Source of the DNA: Candidatus Sumerlaeaceae bacterium
Lineage (GTDB): Bacteria > Sumerlaeota > Sumerlaeia > Sumerlaeales > Sumerlaeaceae
Assembly: GCA_051003195.1 (NCBI GenBank)
Contig: JBPCLP010000017.1
Coordinates: 32,001 to 96,000, forward strand
Direction of reading: 5' to 3'
Length of the DNA stretch: 64,000 bases
The notes under the pieces were generated by a model. It saw nothing but the letters and a program-made list of their open reading frames with translations, made no database searches and was not told the DNA's origin. A program made the translations under genes and the position numbers. The number at the start of each line of letters is the position of its first letter. Within the stretch, counting starts at the first letter, position 1. Of this stretch, positions 28,543 to 39,269 are shown one piece after another.

Positions 28543-29700
28543 ATGATCCGAGTAGATAATCTAACCAAACACTATGGCGACGTGCACGCCGTCGATGGCC
28601 TGTCTTTCGAGCTGTTCGAGGGTGAAATACTCGGTTTTCTCGGTCCCAATGGCGCGGGTAAAACGACAACCATGCGCATACTCACCTGCTTTTTCCCGCC
28701 TACCTCGGGAACTGCAACCGTCGCCGGCTACGATGTGCTCACAGAGCCCGACGAGGTGCGGCGGCTTATCGGTTATATGCCTGAGGGTGTGCCCTTATAC
28801 CGGGAGATGACGGTGACCGACTTCCTCGACTTCGTGGGGCATTCCAAGGGATACGGGCATGCGAAGCGGCGCACCTATGTGGACGCTGCCATCGGCGAAA
28901 CCAATCTGGGTGACGTACGCAATCGCGTGATAGGGGAGCTGTCGAAAGGCTATCGCCAGCGCGTGGGGCTGGCGCAGGCAATCCTTGGCGAACCCAAGGT
29001 CCTGATCCTCGACGAGCCAACTTCCGGCCTTGATCCCCGTCAGATCGCCGACATGCGCGTGCTCATCAAAGGAATGGCCGGCCGGCGCACCGTCATCCTC
29101 AGTACGCACATCCTGCCCGAAGTACAGATGACCTGTTCCCGTGTAATTATTATCGATCGTGGTCGGATAGCCGCCAGCGGCACGCCGGAAAAACTGACAA
29201 CTCGCATCCAGAACAGATTCCAAACCGTGGCTCGTGCCGTCGGTCCTCCCGATGAAATTCGAAAATCCCTGGCTGCTATCGCAGGCGTTTTGCAGGTCGA
29301 TCATCGCGATCCGCGTGATGCCGACGAGGGTTTTGTACGAGGCATCGACGGACAGGCGCATGAGTACGTAGTCCATTCAGGTATCGAGACCCCGGACATA
29401 CGCCCCGCTGTTGCCGAAGCCATTGTGCGAGGGAAATGGACGCTGGTGGAATTGCGACAGATCGGACTCACGCTTGAGGATATCTTCCTCAAAGCTGTGG
29501 CAGGGGAGCAGCCTGCCGTGCAGCCAAAGTCGAAGAAAAAGCAGGCTGCCAAGCCTGTTCCCGTAGCGGCTGAAGGCCCGCTTCAAGCGGCCGCGGACCA
29601 AACACCCGCACACGGAATGCCGCGCATCGCTTCACAACCGTCTGAGCCTTCTTCAGATCTGCTGGCGGAAGACCAAAAGGACGCCGATGTTAAACCATAA
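28543..29700 (+). CDS. ABC ATP-binding protein (GldA-like) with low-complexity tail
   Basis: GPNGAGKTT, LSKGYRQRVGLAQA, LILDEP, STHIL. Confidence 0.93.
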   Translation: MIRVDNLTKHYGDVHAVDGLSFELFEGEILGFLGPNGAGKTTTMRILTCFFPPTSGTATVAGYDVLTEPDEVRRLIGYMPEGVPLYREMTVTDFLDFVGHSKGYGHAKRRTYVDAAIGETNLGDVRNRVIGELSKGYRQRVGLAQAILGEPKVLILDEPTSGLDPRQIADMRVLIKGMAGRRTVILSTHILPEVQMTCSRVIIIDRGRIAASGTPEKLTTRIQNRFQTVARAVGPPDEIRKSLAAIAGVLQVDHRDPRDADEGFVRGIDGQAHEYVVHSGIETPDIRPAVAEAIVRGKWTLVELRQIGLTLEDIFLKAVAGEQPAVQPKSKKKQAAKPVPVAAEGPLQAAADQTPAHGMPRIASQPSEPSSDLLAEDQKDADVKP

Positions 29701-29736
29701 ACAGTTTCGCGGCCTAACCTGCGTGGTGGTTGGCCA

Positions 29737-30516
29737 GTGAATCCATTCCGATTCTTCCCGATCTACCGGCGCGAATTGAAGAGCTACCTCACATCGCCCG
29801 CTGTCTACGTCTGCATGGCACTTTTCTTTTTTCTAAGCGGCCTGATATTTTACGGTATTCTTGTCGATTTCAGCCGCGCCAGCGCCGATGCAGAGTACCG
29901 GCGCGAGCGCAATATCGACGAGGTGAACTTCACGCTTCTCGTCGTGAAGCAACTGTACTTCGCCCTCAACTTCCTTCTGGTATTCGTGGTGCCCATATTC
30001 ACCATGCGACTGCTCGCCGAAGAAAAGAAAACCGGTACTTTTGAACTCCTGAAGTCGCTCCCGTTTACCGATTGGAACATCGTGATCGGCAAGTTTTTGT
30101 CCGCCTTCACGCTGCTGGCTGTCATGCTGCTCGGCACCGGCTACTATGTGATTGTGATGATGCGATTTGGCAAGCCTGAGTTGCCGGTTGTGGGAGTCGC
30201 GCTTTGCGGGGCCCTGCTTTCCGCCGCCGCGTACACTGCCATCGGTGTATTTGCCTCGGCGCTGAGTGAAAATCAGATTGTTGCAGCCATTGTCGCCTTT
30301 GTTGCTCTACTCGGCTTCTTCTTAGTCGGCGAGATAGTACCGGCTTCGTCGGGCGGCTGGGGTCGGATCCTGGAATTTCTTTCGCTGCGATACCACACGG
30401 ATCAGTTCGCCCGTGGGCTCCTGCGCCTTGAAGACGTTGCTTACTTTGTGATGCTGTCGGCGGTGTTCCTTTTTCTGACGTGCCGCAGCCTCGAGTTGCG
30501 AAGGTGGCGCGTATAA
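29737..30516 (+). CDS. ABC permease (GldF-like)
   Basis: RRELKSYLTSP, TMRLLAEEKKTGTFELL, ENQIVAA. Confidence 0.88.
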   Translation: MNPFRFFPIYRRELKSYLTSPAVYVCMALFFFLSGLIFYGILVDFSRASADAEYRRERNIDEVNFTLLVVKQLYFALNFLLVFVVPIFTMRLLAEEKKTGTFELLKSLPFTDWNIVIGKFLSAFTLLAVMLLGTGYYVIVMMRFGKPELPVVGVALCGALLSAAAYTAIGVFASALSENQIVAAIVAFVALLGFFLVGEIVPASSGGWGRILEFLSLRYHTDQFARGLLRLEDVAYFVMLSAVFLFLTCRSLELRRWRV

Positions 30517-30547
30517 TGGAACGTCTGTCTGGTGTGAAAGCGCAGCG

Positions 30548-32158
30548 ATGAATTACCAGAAAACGGTCACGTTTATCGGATTGGTGCTGCTGCTGACCGG
30601 CCTCGTGGTCACAGGTCTGTTCGGCCGTTTTACCACAGTATCTACCGTGCTTTGCCTGGCTGGAATGGCTGCGGGCTCGTTTCTCTTCTTACCACGGGTT
30701 ACCAGGAACAGGTGGCTCTATCTCAACATGGCCCTGTATTCGGTCCTGGTTTGTTCTACGCTCCTGGTGTTCTACTTTATCTTACTTCGTCACCCCGCGG
30801 TGTACGATGCAACTTCCGGTAAGCTGTTTAGCCTGTCTCCAATCACAAAGAATTTTCTCTCCCGCGTGCAGGAGCCCGTCCATGCCGTGGCGTTTTATGG
30901 CGACAAGGCAGAGCGTACCGAAAATGCGCTCATCCTCGGCCAGTATGCGCGATATGCGCCACAGTTTACCTATGACATTTTTAATCCGTTCTCGGATGTC
31001 GCTGAGACGCGTCGATTCGGACTTAATGTTTCTCCCGGCGACATCTATCTCGAGAAGCTTACCACGGGCAGTAAACAGGTCGCGCGCACCATTAAAGTCA
31101 GCAAAGCAGCCGAAGAGGACATTACCAACGGGATCGTGCAGCTGCTACGAGGCAGCGATGTTACCATTTATTTTCTTACGGGACACGGCGAGCCCGAACT
31201 TGAAGAGGACAAAGTTGCCAAAGCCATGGGGCAGGCAAGCCAACAGCAGAACGATCTCTTCTGGCTCAAGGAGCAGCTCCAGCGCAGTTACATTAAGGTC
31301 CTGCCTCTTAGCCTGGGCCATCGCGGCCGCGTCCCGTCAGACGCAAGCGCAGTCGTTATTGCGGCACCGCGAATGGATCTGACTGTAAACGAGCGCGAAG
31401 CACTGCTTTCATACCTGGATAAAGGCGGCCGGGCAATGTTCATGCTCAACCCGGACATACCGCAACTTGGTAAACAAATCCAGACTTCCCTTACAAACTG
31501 CTCCGCTATACTGGAACGATACGGAATTCTGAGCCCGCCGGAGATTGTCGTCATGCCCTTGCAGCCGTCCAAGGGCGGCGGCGATATTTATACCGTTACA
31601 GCGACAGCCAAGCCCCACAGCATCACCAGGTTGCAGGGCAACAACACCCTGGTTTTTGGCCAGGCTCGTCCCCTGGCTCTATCGAAGGCGATTCCTGAAA
31701 ACACGTTCCTCGAAACTCTGCTGGTGAGTGGGCCGCAAGGCTGGCGCATTCCCGTGGAAGAATTCGCGAAAGCAATCCTTGGCGGTGAGAAAATCAGCAT
31801 CGGTGCGAATGTGAAGGACCTCGCACCTCAAACGCTTGCGGTTGCGGCGACACATAATACGCCCGGCAAGGGCGACGAGAACGCAACGCGCATAGTCGCC
31901 ATTGGAAATGGCAACTTTGTCACCAGCCGCTACGTCGACCAGAACAGCTGGCTTTTTTTCCTGAACGCGATCAATTGGATGACCAACTCCGCAGACCTTA
32001 TTGCCATTCCAAGCAGCCGCATTGAAAATACACCGGTGGTCATCTCGGACGAACAGGCTCGCTTCCTCTTTATCCTGCTGGTGATCGCAATACCTGCCTT
32101 AATCGGCCTGGGTGGCCTGGGTTACACCATCTCGCGCAGAGGAAACCTCGGCGTATGA
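30548..32158 (+). CDS. GldG-like ABC auxiliary component
   Basis: DATSGKLFSLSP, IYFLTGHGE, YLDKGG, FFLNAINW; terminal TM helices. Confidence 0.85.
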   Translation: MNYQKTVTFIGLVLLLTGLVVTGLFGRFTTVSTVLCLAGMAAGSFLFLPRVTRNRWLYLNMALYSVLVCSTLLVFYFILLRHPAVYDATSGKLFSLSPITKNFLSRVQEPVHAVAFYGDKAERTENALILGQYARYAPQFTYDIFNPFSDVAETRRFGLNVSPGDIYLEKLTTGSKQVARTIKVSKAAEEDITNGIVQLLRGSDVTIYFLTGHGEPELEEDKVAKAMGQASQQQNDLFWLKEQLQRSYIKVLPLSLGHRGRVPSDASAVVIAAPRMDLTVNEREALLSYLDKGGRAMFMLNPDIPQLGKQIQTSLTNCSAILERYGILSPPEIVVMPLQPSKGGGDIYTVTATAKPHSITRLQGNNTLVFGQARPLALSKAIPENTFLETLLVSGPQGWRIPVEEFAKAILGGEKISIGANVKDLAPQTLAVAATHNTPGKGDENATRIVAIGNGNFVTSRYVDQNSWLFFLNAINWMTNSADLIAIPSSRIENTPVVISDEQARFLFILLVIAIPALIGLGGLGYTISRRGNLGV

Positions 32159-33957
32159 TGAGCTGGAAACGCACGATATTCGCCGCCGTCGCACTGGTGT
32201 TGGTATGTATGGCCTATCGGCTCGATGTAGTCCTGCGCCAAAAGAAAATTGTCGATATCACGAACGCGGTTTCGCTCGCACAGGGTGTGGACGTGAGCGC
32301 GGTGGGCGAAATCCTGTTAAAGAATCCTGGTGGACGAATACGGTTGCAGCGCACGACCGACGGCTGGCGTATACTTGAACCTGCGAATGCACCTGCCGAC
32401 CCGGAGACTGTCGAGACCACGCTCATCAATCTTACCGCCGCCCGTCGCACCAACGAGAACCACGTGAAGAATTTAGCGGAATACGGGCTCGCAAATCCCG
32501 AAATTGAAATCTCCCTCGCACCCATGCCGGGTAAGAAGTTTAGCAACGATTTGCCGACAAGCTTCTCTCTCCAGCTAGGTAATGAATCTCCGTATACTGG
32601 GCTGGTCTTTGCAAAGTATCCCGATAAACCTAACGTGTTTACGGTCGGTATGCAGGTGAAGAGCGCGCTGTTGCGGAGCGCTGGTGATTTCCGCAGGTCG
32701 CGGCTGTTTGATATCGATACCTCTTCTCTCGAACAATACAGCAGTCTCTCGGTGCGAACCCCCACGGGTGAGGTAACACTCAGGAATGACGTGGGCCGGT
32801 GGAAAATCACATCACCGTTTGAGGCTCCTGCGGAAAACAGTATTGTCCGGGATCACCTGAACAAAATCGGCCTGTTGCGTGCGAACAGTTTTCTCAGTCA
32901 GGCAAGCGACAAACCGACCAGCATGGCAACGGCGCTACAGGCGCTTACCAGCCCCAGCCTCACAATCACGCTCGAAGGAGCGCGAACCAGGCCACAGACG
33001 CTGATTGTCGCGCAGGCTCCCGCGGAAAATGGTAGTGTCTATGTCGCGCAGCGCGCCGGAGAGCAGGAGATCATGGCGCTTCGGGCAGAAACAATCGAAG
33101 AGTTGCGACAGGACGCACAATATTTCCGATCGCGTGACCTGTTTACATTGAAACCGGCGGACGTAGGACTTTTTACGGTGGAACTTGGGCGGGCGACCCC
33201 GGCAGCGCTCATTCGTAATGACAAGGGAGCCTGGGAAATGGTGGGAGACCCGGAATTCCGTGTTGACCAGACCGCCGTCAACGACAGGCTGGAAGCGCTG
33301 CTGCGCATCAAAGTTAAAGAATTCGTCAGCGCGCAGTCAAACGACCCCAGGCTCTATGGCCTCGACGTTCCGCGCCGCCGCTACACCGTCACCAGTATCG
33401 ATAAATCCAGGACGGAAGTACTTGAGGCGGGAAGTACCGAGGCTGGTCGACCGGGAACCGTTTACGCCCGGCGCGCCGGCGACAATGGAGTTTTTACCGT
33501 CGAGCTTTCGTCGGACCTTAACATACTGGCTGCCTCCATCGCCGATAAGCATTTCGCCGCGACCGACATCAGCGCGCTCGTTCGTGCCGAGATTGATGTC
33601 GATAAGCAGACGTACACCCTCCGTGCCGAAGCAGGGGAGTGGCAGATTCTCAAGCCATCGCAGACGGCGTATGCCGCCATCGACATACGGCGTATGCAGG
33701 CGGTCGTCGACGCTCTGAATGAGCTCACGTATGAACGCGACCTTACCGCAACCGGCCAGACAATCATTGCCCCCAAGGCGGGGCCGCCCCTGTCAATCCG
33801 GCTGTACGGTGCTGCCGATCGCGAATTGCTGGATCTGAATGTGACTAAGAGGCTCGGTTCCACAACGCTGGTCACCAGCGCAAAGAACAGGACGTTCGAA
33901 GTATCCAGTCCAGCCATAGATCGACTCTACGCGCTGGCTCAGTCGCTCGTTCAATAG
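32155..33957 (+). CDS. DUF4340-type repeat protein
   Basis: N-terminal TM; four repeats beginning WRILEP, WKITSP, WEMVGDP and WQILKP; YGL motifs; follows the gldG-like gene. Confidence 0.75.
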   Translation: MMSWKRTIFAAVALVLVCMAYRLDVVLRQKKIVDITNAVSLAQGVDVSAVGEILLKNPGGRIRLQRTTDGWRILEPANAPADPETVETTLINLTAARRTNENHVKNLAEYGLANPEIEISLAPMPGKKFSNDLPTSFSLQLGNESPYTGLVFAKYPDKPNVFTVGMQVKSALLRSAGDFRRSRLFDIDTSSLEQYSSLSVRTPTGEVTLRNDVGRWKITSPFEAPAENSIVRDHLNKIGLLRANSFLSQASDKPTSMATALQALTSPSLTITLEGARTRPQTLIVAQAPAENGSVYVAQRAGEQEIMALRAETIEELRQDAQYFRSRDLFTLKPADVGLFTVELGRATPAALIRNDKGAWEMVGDPEFRVDQTAVNDRLEALLRIKVKEFVSAQSNDPRLYGLDVPRRRYTVTSIDKSRTEVLEAGSTEAGRPGTVYARRAGDNGVFTVELSSDLNILAASIADKHFAATDISALVRAEIDVDKQTYTLRAEAGEWQILKPSQTAYAAIDIRRMQAVVDALNELTYERDLTATGQTIIAPKAGPPLSIRLYGAADRELLDLNVTKRLGSTTLVTSAKNRTFEVSSPAIDRLYALAQSLVQ

Positions 33958-33966
33958 CCTATTAAT

Positions 33967-35091
33967 CTAGCTGCCGTGTTGCAGATTCCCGTGTTCCATG
34001 CGATAAACGCTCTCGGCCTTTACAAACCCGAGTACCGGCTCTTTTTCAGTGGCCGTGAGAAACGTTTGTACCCGCTCCGTCAGGCTGCCTAACAATGCAG
34101 CCCGTCGGTTCTCATCCAACTCGCTCATGAGGTCGTCCAACAGCAACAGGGGAGGTTCGCGTGTGATTTCCTCCATGTACTCAAGCTCGGCGAGCTTCAA
34201 TGCCAGTACACAGCTGCGCTGCTGCCCCTGGCTGCCATAATCCCGCGCGTTGTGCGTCGAAAGCATAAAATCAAAATCGTCGCGGTGTGGTCCCAGGTTT
34301 GTCGAACCACGCCGAATGTCCTCCTCAACACTCCCGGTCAACGCGCGCAGCACTAGTGCGGGCGCATCACTTGCATCAAACACCTCCGCGCTGATTGCAA
34401 TCGAAGGACGATACACCAGTTCCAGCAACTCTTGGCTGCTTGCGATCATCGCATATTGCTTAGCTGCTTTGTCTGATAACTTTTGCAACATCCCGCGCCG
34501 AAAATGGATCAATTCACTTCCATGCTGAGCCAGTTGGCCGTCCCACACAAGCAGTTCGTCGCGAAGTTGGGCCCGATGCGCGTGCTGTTTCAGCAGCGCA
34601 TTCCGCTGACGTAGCGCGAGATCATACCTCTGCAAATGATACAGGTAGTGGCGGCTTACCTGGCTCGATTCTATATCCAGGAACCGGCGCCGTACTGCGG
34701 GTGCGCCACGGACCAGTTCCAAATCAGCAGGAGTAAACAGCACCGCATTTATCCGACCAATCAGATCACCCAGCCGCGAAATTGGCTCCCCGTTTACAAA
34801 GATGTTTTTCTCGCTCTGGTTAAAGGTAAGCAGGCATCGTTCCTCGCCTGTGCGTTTCTCCACACGTGCGCGTACCACGGTCGCTTCATAGCTGTCACGC
34901 ACCCACGGGATCATCTCCCGTTCACTGGCCGTTCGAAAGCTGCGCCCTGTGACCAGCAGGTAAATTGCCTCAAGCAGGTTCGTCTTGCCCTGGGCATTCG
35001 CACCAAAAATCAGGTTCAGTCCGGGTGAGAATTCTGTTCGAACGTTTTCCAGGTTTCGGAAGTTAATTACCTGCAGCTCTCGTATGATCAT
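33967..35091 (-). CDS. recF: DNA replication/repair protein RecF
   Basis: NFRN, GANAQGKTNLLEAI, RRRFLD, GPHRDD, GSQGQQRS, LLLDD. Confidence 0.97.
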   Translation of the reverse strand: MIIRELQVINFRNLENVRTEFSPGLNLIFGANAQGKTNLLEAIYLLVTGRSFRTASEREMIPWVRDSYEATVVRARVEKRTGEERCLLTFNQSEKNIFVNGEPISRLGDLIGRINAVLFTPADLELVRGAPAVRRRFLDIESSQVSRHYLYHLQRYDLALRQRNALLKQHAHRAQLRDELLVWDGQLAQHGSELIHFRRGMLQKLSDKAAKQYAMIASSQELLELVYRPSIAISAEVFDASDAPALVLRALTGSVEEDIRRGSTNLGPHRDDFDFMLSTHNARDYGSQGQQRSCVLALKLAELEYMEEITREPPLLLLDDLMSELDENRRAALLGSLTERVQTFLTATEKEPVLGFVKAESVYRMEHGNLQHGS

Positions 35092-35153
35092 CGCGTCATG
35101 TGGCTATGAAACTGGCCGATGAAATCTGTTGGCGGGTATCGAAGAGCGCTGCA

Positions 35154-36017
35154 TCATCTGTAGAGCGCGATATCCGACGCGGTGAAAATAAACAGCACTA
35201 CGCCAACCCAGCTGTTAATCGTGAAGAACGCCAGCTCAATTCGCCGCAGATCCTGTGGATTTACCACGAGATGTTCGGCGACCAGCAGACATGCTACTGC
35301 CGCCACGCCGGCGTAGTAGGGAACATGCAGCCCAGCCGCTGCACCAAGCAGAAGTAGCGACGCGATGCATGCGACGTGCAGTAGCCGCGCAAGCCACAGT
35401 GCAATCGCGACGCCGTAACGTGCCGGAATCGAGAAGAGTCCCTGTTCGCGATCCACCTCGACGTCCTGGCACGAATAGATCAGATCGAACCCTGCCGTCC
35501 AAAGCAGTACTGCGATGCAAAGCAATATTGGGATTAGCCCGAAATCCCCGCGCACCGCAACCCATGCACCCACGGGGGCGATGCCAAGTGCGAGTCCGAG
35601 TACAAAATGTGACCAGCTGGTGAACCGTTTGCAGTATGAATAGCCGAGCAGCACCACCAGCGCCACGGGCGACAGCGCCAGCGCCAGCGAGTTCAGCATT
35701 CCTGCACTTCCGACGAACAGCGCCGAGGAAACCAACGCAAGGCCCAGTACTACCATCTTTTCCATCTGCCCTGCAGGTATGGCTCGCGCTGCTGTTCGGG
35801 GATTTCGCGCATCGATCTCGGCGTCTGCCCAGCGATTAAAACACATGGCCGCAGTTCTTGCGAACACACAGCAAGCCACAATCCATAACACCGTAGCCGT
35901 GTCAGGCAGGCCTCGCGCGGCCAGCATCATGCCGATAAGTGCGAACGGCATGGCAAAGATAGTATGCTGAAACTTGATCATTTCCAGTAGCACACCGGCT
36001 TTGTGAATGGCAGCCAT
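35154..36017 (-). CDS. UbiA-family prenyltransferase (MqnP-like); start uncertain
   Basis: EMIKFQHTIFAMPFA, NRWADAEIDARNPRT, YSYCKRF, FDLIYSCQD. Confidence 0.9.
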   Translation of the reverse strand: MAAIHKAGVLLEMIKFQHTIFAMPFALIGMMLAARGLPDTATVLWIVACCVFARTAAMCFNRWADAEIDARNPRTAARAIPAGQMEKMVVLGLALVSSALFVGSAGMLNSLALALSPVALVVLLGYSYCKRFTSWSHFVLGLALGIAPVGAWVAVRGDFGLIPILLCIAVLLWTAGFDLIYSCQDVEVDREQGLFSIPARYGVAIALWLARLLHVACIASLLLLGAAAGLHVPYYAGVAAVACLLVAEHLVVNPQDLRRIELAFFTINSWVGVVLFIFTASDIALYR

Positions 36018-36071
36018 CTTCACGACGCTACCCACTCAGTGCTTCATTATGGAATGATCTGGCTGCCCTGC

Positions 36072-37748
36072 TTAAAATTGCAGTCCAGCCAGCACAGAGC
36101 AAAGCCGATCCTGCGTTCCGCTTGGCGAGCCCCCGCGTGCTTTGTTTACAAGGAATGAAAAAGCCAGCGTGTGCTGAGGGTCTACCAGCAGGTAGCCAGA
36201 TAAGCATTTGACGCCATTGATCGTTCCCGTTTTCGCATGAACGCGCTCCCGCAGCCGCTCCGAGTTCATTCGTCCGCGCAATGTGCCGTCGCGCCCGCTG
36301 ATTGCCATGCTGTCGAAAAAATGCTGTGCGGAAGGATGCGTCAGCATGAATGTCAGCAGTTTGCATGTTTGGTTGGGCGACACTTTGTTCGCCTCTGATA
36401 ATCCACAGCCATCAAAGGCCTGCACATCGGCCGGCCTGATCCCGGCCCGCTGCAACAGGTTGTCTTCAAGTTTACGCGATGCCCGATAGCCGCCCCTGCC
36501 CAGCTTGTGCGCGCTCACTGCTACATAAACCTGCTCCGCCATGTGGTTATCACTGCGCTTCATCATGTGCCGCACGATCTCCGAAAGCGGCGGCGATTCT
36601 ACCGCGGCCAGCAGCGTGCTGTCGTTCCAGCCGGGTACCATATTCTTGGCACTGATGATACGAACCGAGCCTTGGACGCCGATGTTCAACAACTTGAGGT
36701 GATGTCGAAAGTTCGCGGCCGCAAAAAGCGTGGGATTATCGCAAGGCAGCTCCGCGCCCTGGCCGGCTTTGTTGGCGCCCCCGGACACGGCAATCGCCCC
36801 CCCGCCAATCGGCCTGCGCACGCTCACGCCACCTTTAGCGCCCGTCACAGTTTGATTGATCACGGGATACCCTGGCGCGGGCGGAGAAAATGTGATAACC
36901 CCCGATTTCCCTTTTTCGCCAGGGTTCACGATCACTGTCATCAGATTCTCGTTCAGGGTCAGCGGGCTGGTCTGCGGTGCATAGTTGTCCTGCATCACGC
37001 GCGCCGGCCATCCCTGCGGGTAGAGGTCGCCCATATCCCAATCCGAGCAGTCGATGAGAAGGTCTCCGCGCACATACTTAATCCCGGCGTCGGAAACCTT
37101 TTTTGCCCAATCGCGGAACACCCAGTCCGAGTTGGCAGAGTTATACATCGTCTTCGAGAACGTGGGATCGCCGGACGGTTTCAATACCAGGTTGCCATTC
37201 AGCGTTCCTCCGCTATCCACCTCACCTGTTCGATATAGATAGGAGCGGAATCGGAAGTCCGGCCCAAGCTGATCCAGTGCGAGCGCGCCCGTGAACAGCT
37301 TGCGGTTCGAAGCTGGGATAAAAGCAGCATCTGGATTGTACTCGAATATGGTCTGTCCTGTCTGCTGCAGAACGACTTTCACTCCCCAGTACGAGGCCGC
37401 TGCAGAAGCGCGCACGATTGGCTCGAGAATTGAAGCCACATTCGCAGGCGTCGTAGAAGTGAGTACCTCTACGTGTGCGGTTTTGCTGCCACTGTCATCC
37501 GCGTCGTCATCGTCCGGGTTGCGGGTCTTCGATTTCGAAGTACTCTCGGTTGACGGCTTCTTAGTCTGGGCTTTGCTGACGGCGGCTTTGGTCTTGCCGC
37601 TACTTTTTGCCTTGCTCGTCTTTGTTGTAGCAGCAGAAGCATCGCCAACCGACGCAAACAGCAGCAACAAGGCGAGCAGACGGACAACACTACACGTCGC
37701 AAATCTTCTCAAATTTACATTTGAACCGTATAACTTAAAACTAAACAT
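36072..37748 (-). CDS. dacB: D-Ala-D-Ala carboxypeptidase/endopeptidase PBP4 (peptidase S13)
   Basis: PASNRK (SxxK), SDN, KTG, GDPTF, DGCGLS; signal peptide plus Lys/Ser-rich linker. Confidence 0.93.
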   Translation of the reverse strand: MFSFKLYGSNVNLRRFATCSVVRLLALLLLFASVGDASAATTKTSKAKSSGKTKAAVSKAQTKKPSTESTSKSKTRNPDDDDADDSGSKTAHVEVLTSTTPANVASILEPIVRASAAASYWGVKVVLQQTGQTIFEYNPDAAFIPASNRKLFTGALALDQLGPDFRFRSYLYRTGEVDSGGTLNGNLVLKPSGDPTFSKTMYNSANSDWVFRDWAKKVSDAGIKYVRGDLLIDCSDWDMGDLYPQGWPARVMQDNYAPQTSPLTLNENLMTVIVNPGEKGKSGVITFSPPAPGYPVINQTVTGAKGGVSVRRPIGGGAIAVSGGANKAGQGAELPCDNPTLFAAANFRHHLKLLNIGVQGSVRIISAKNMVPGWNDSTLLAAVESPPLSEIVRHMMKRSDNHMAEQVYVAVSAHKLGRGGYRASRKLEDNLLQRAGIRPADVQAFDGCGLSEANKVSPNQTCKLLTFMLTHPSAQHFFDSMAISGRDGTLRGRMNSERLRERVHAKTGTINGVKCLSGYLLVDPQHTLAFSFLVNKARGGSPSGTQDRLCSVLAGLQF

Positions 37749-37952
37749 CTAAACTCCGGGAGAAACAGGCTAACTGACACGAACCCTGCGATGCGCCTGG
37801 GCCTTGTCAAAGGCCAATCACCCCTCTCAAACCCAGCGGCTTCAAGCGCCCGTTCACTTACATCGCAACTGGCACTTAACACGCTCTACTTTTAAATAAA
37901 CAGCCCTTCGCCCGGATACAAAATGATGTAAGCAGACAAGGATGAGTGTGCC

Positions 37953-38357
37953 ATGCCAGTAGTGATCAATGATCTAAAAACATTACTCGACCAAAGCAGC
38001 GCCACTGAAAACTTCAAGCAGGCGGTCCAGGACCTTCAGACTGGACGCAACCACCCTGCCATTCAGTATAATCGGGGTGTGCCTCCGGTTAAGGCGTTGC
38101 GGGCGATTAGCAAGTTACTCGAAGACGCGTCGAATGAGGCGATCGACTCTGTCGTCCTTCAAGGCCGCTCCGGCTGCAGCGACTTTGAGGGCACGATCCA
38201 GGTCAATGGTGGCGCCATGGAATACGCGTTCGTGTGGGACTGCGCCTGGCGCGCCGAGCAGGAAGGATTGCGTGATCATTGGGGCTCGCCTGACCAGATA
38301 CGCGCCGCGCGTGAATTCGGTTACCAGTGCTTCCAGCAATTCACACGTACCAGTTAG
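37953..38357 (+). CDS. Hypothetical protein
   Basis: 134-aa ORF, divergent from dacB; globular-looking motifs SGCSDF, FVWDCAWRA, PDQIRAAREFGY. Confidence 0.7.
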   Translation: MPVVINDLKTLLDQSSATENFKQAVQDLQTGRNHPAIQYNRGVPPVKALRAISKLLEDASNEAIDSVVLQGRSGCSDFEGTIQVNGGAMEYAFVWDCAWRAEQEGLRDHWGSPDQIRAAREFGYQCFQQFTRTS

Positions 38358-38388
38358 TCCAGGTTACGATGCACTGTAATATGCGCCG

Positions 38389-39198
38389 TTGACACCGCAG
38401 GCGCTGCCCGCGGCGGACCACGAATTTCGCGGCGCTATCAGGTCGCGTTATTTTCGCGCGTTCCTCGCCCCTGCACCACTCGCAGTCCTGGCTTGCGGAA
38501 TTCTCGCGAACATTATCCTGCATTACTGGGCTTTCGACGTCATATCCGAACGCTTCCACTGGTACCGAGACATGACTATGGTGATCCTCGGGCTGTCAGT
38601 GGACTTCTACCTGCTGTGCCTCGTGGGCCTCACTCACCATACGTTTCAGACTTACGCAAACTCAGGAATCTACCGTGACTTGCGCACTGCCGGCGTTCGA
38701 GCGTGGGACGTGTTCCGCCCCCTGCTCGAGGTGCTGATGGTGCTCATCATTGCCGACACCGCAATCGAAGCGCTGCTCGATATCGTACTGGGCCATCAGC
38801 CCGCAGGCCTGGCAGTGCTCGGCTACATGCTCATGCTCGTTTATGCTTTTATCGCGGCGTTGTTTACCGGCTGCATTCTGGTGGCAATGAACCTGCTTCG
38901 CCTGCAGCTGGTCCTGCAATACTTTGCAATCCTGACGCTCAGCTTTTTGTCTCTGTCGGCGGTCAGCAAAATGGCTGACGCGTTGCAGCCATCCCTGCAT
39001 GCATGGAATCCTGACAAACGCGCCGGCGGTCTGATGCACGCCATCGCCCGGCTTGCCGGTGCGCAATGGAACAACTTCTCGGATCAGTACGCTTATTACG
39101 CGGCACTAATCGCGGAAGGTGTGCTTTTCACCGTCCTTTCCGTACCGCTTTATGCATTAGTGCGCCGCATCTCTGAGGCACGCTTTCCGAAATTCTAA
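38389..39198 (+). CDS. Hypothetical integral membrane protein
   Basis: About 6 hydrophobic segments; fills the gap between neighbours. Confidence 0.65.
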   Translation: MTPQALPAADHEFRGAIRSRYFRAFLAPAPLAVLACGILANIILHYWAFDVISERFHWYRDMTMVILGLSVDFYLLCLVGLTHHTFQTYANSGIYRDLRTAGVRAWDVFRPLLEVLMVLIIADTAIEALLDIVLGHQPAGLAVLGYMLMLVYAFIAALFTGCILVAMNLLRLQLVLQYFAILTLSFLSLSAVSKMADALQPSLHAWNPDKRAGGLMHAIARLAGAQWNNFSDQYAYYAALIAEGVLFTVLSVPLYALVRRISEARFPKF

Positions 39199-39269
39199 AG
39201 TAGCAGTTGCAGGCGGCGCAATCCGTGATCTGGATACGCGCAATCATGGTGCTGCTTAAGGACACGAGG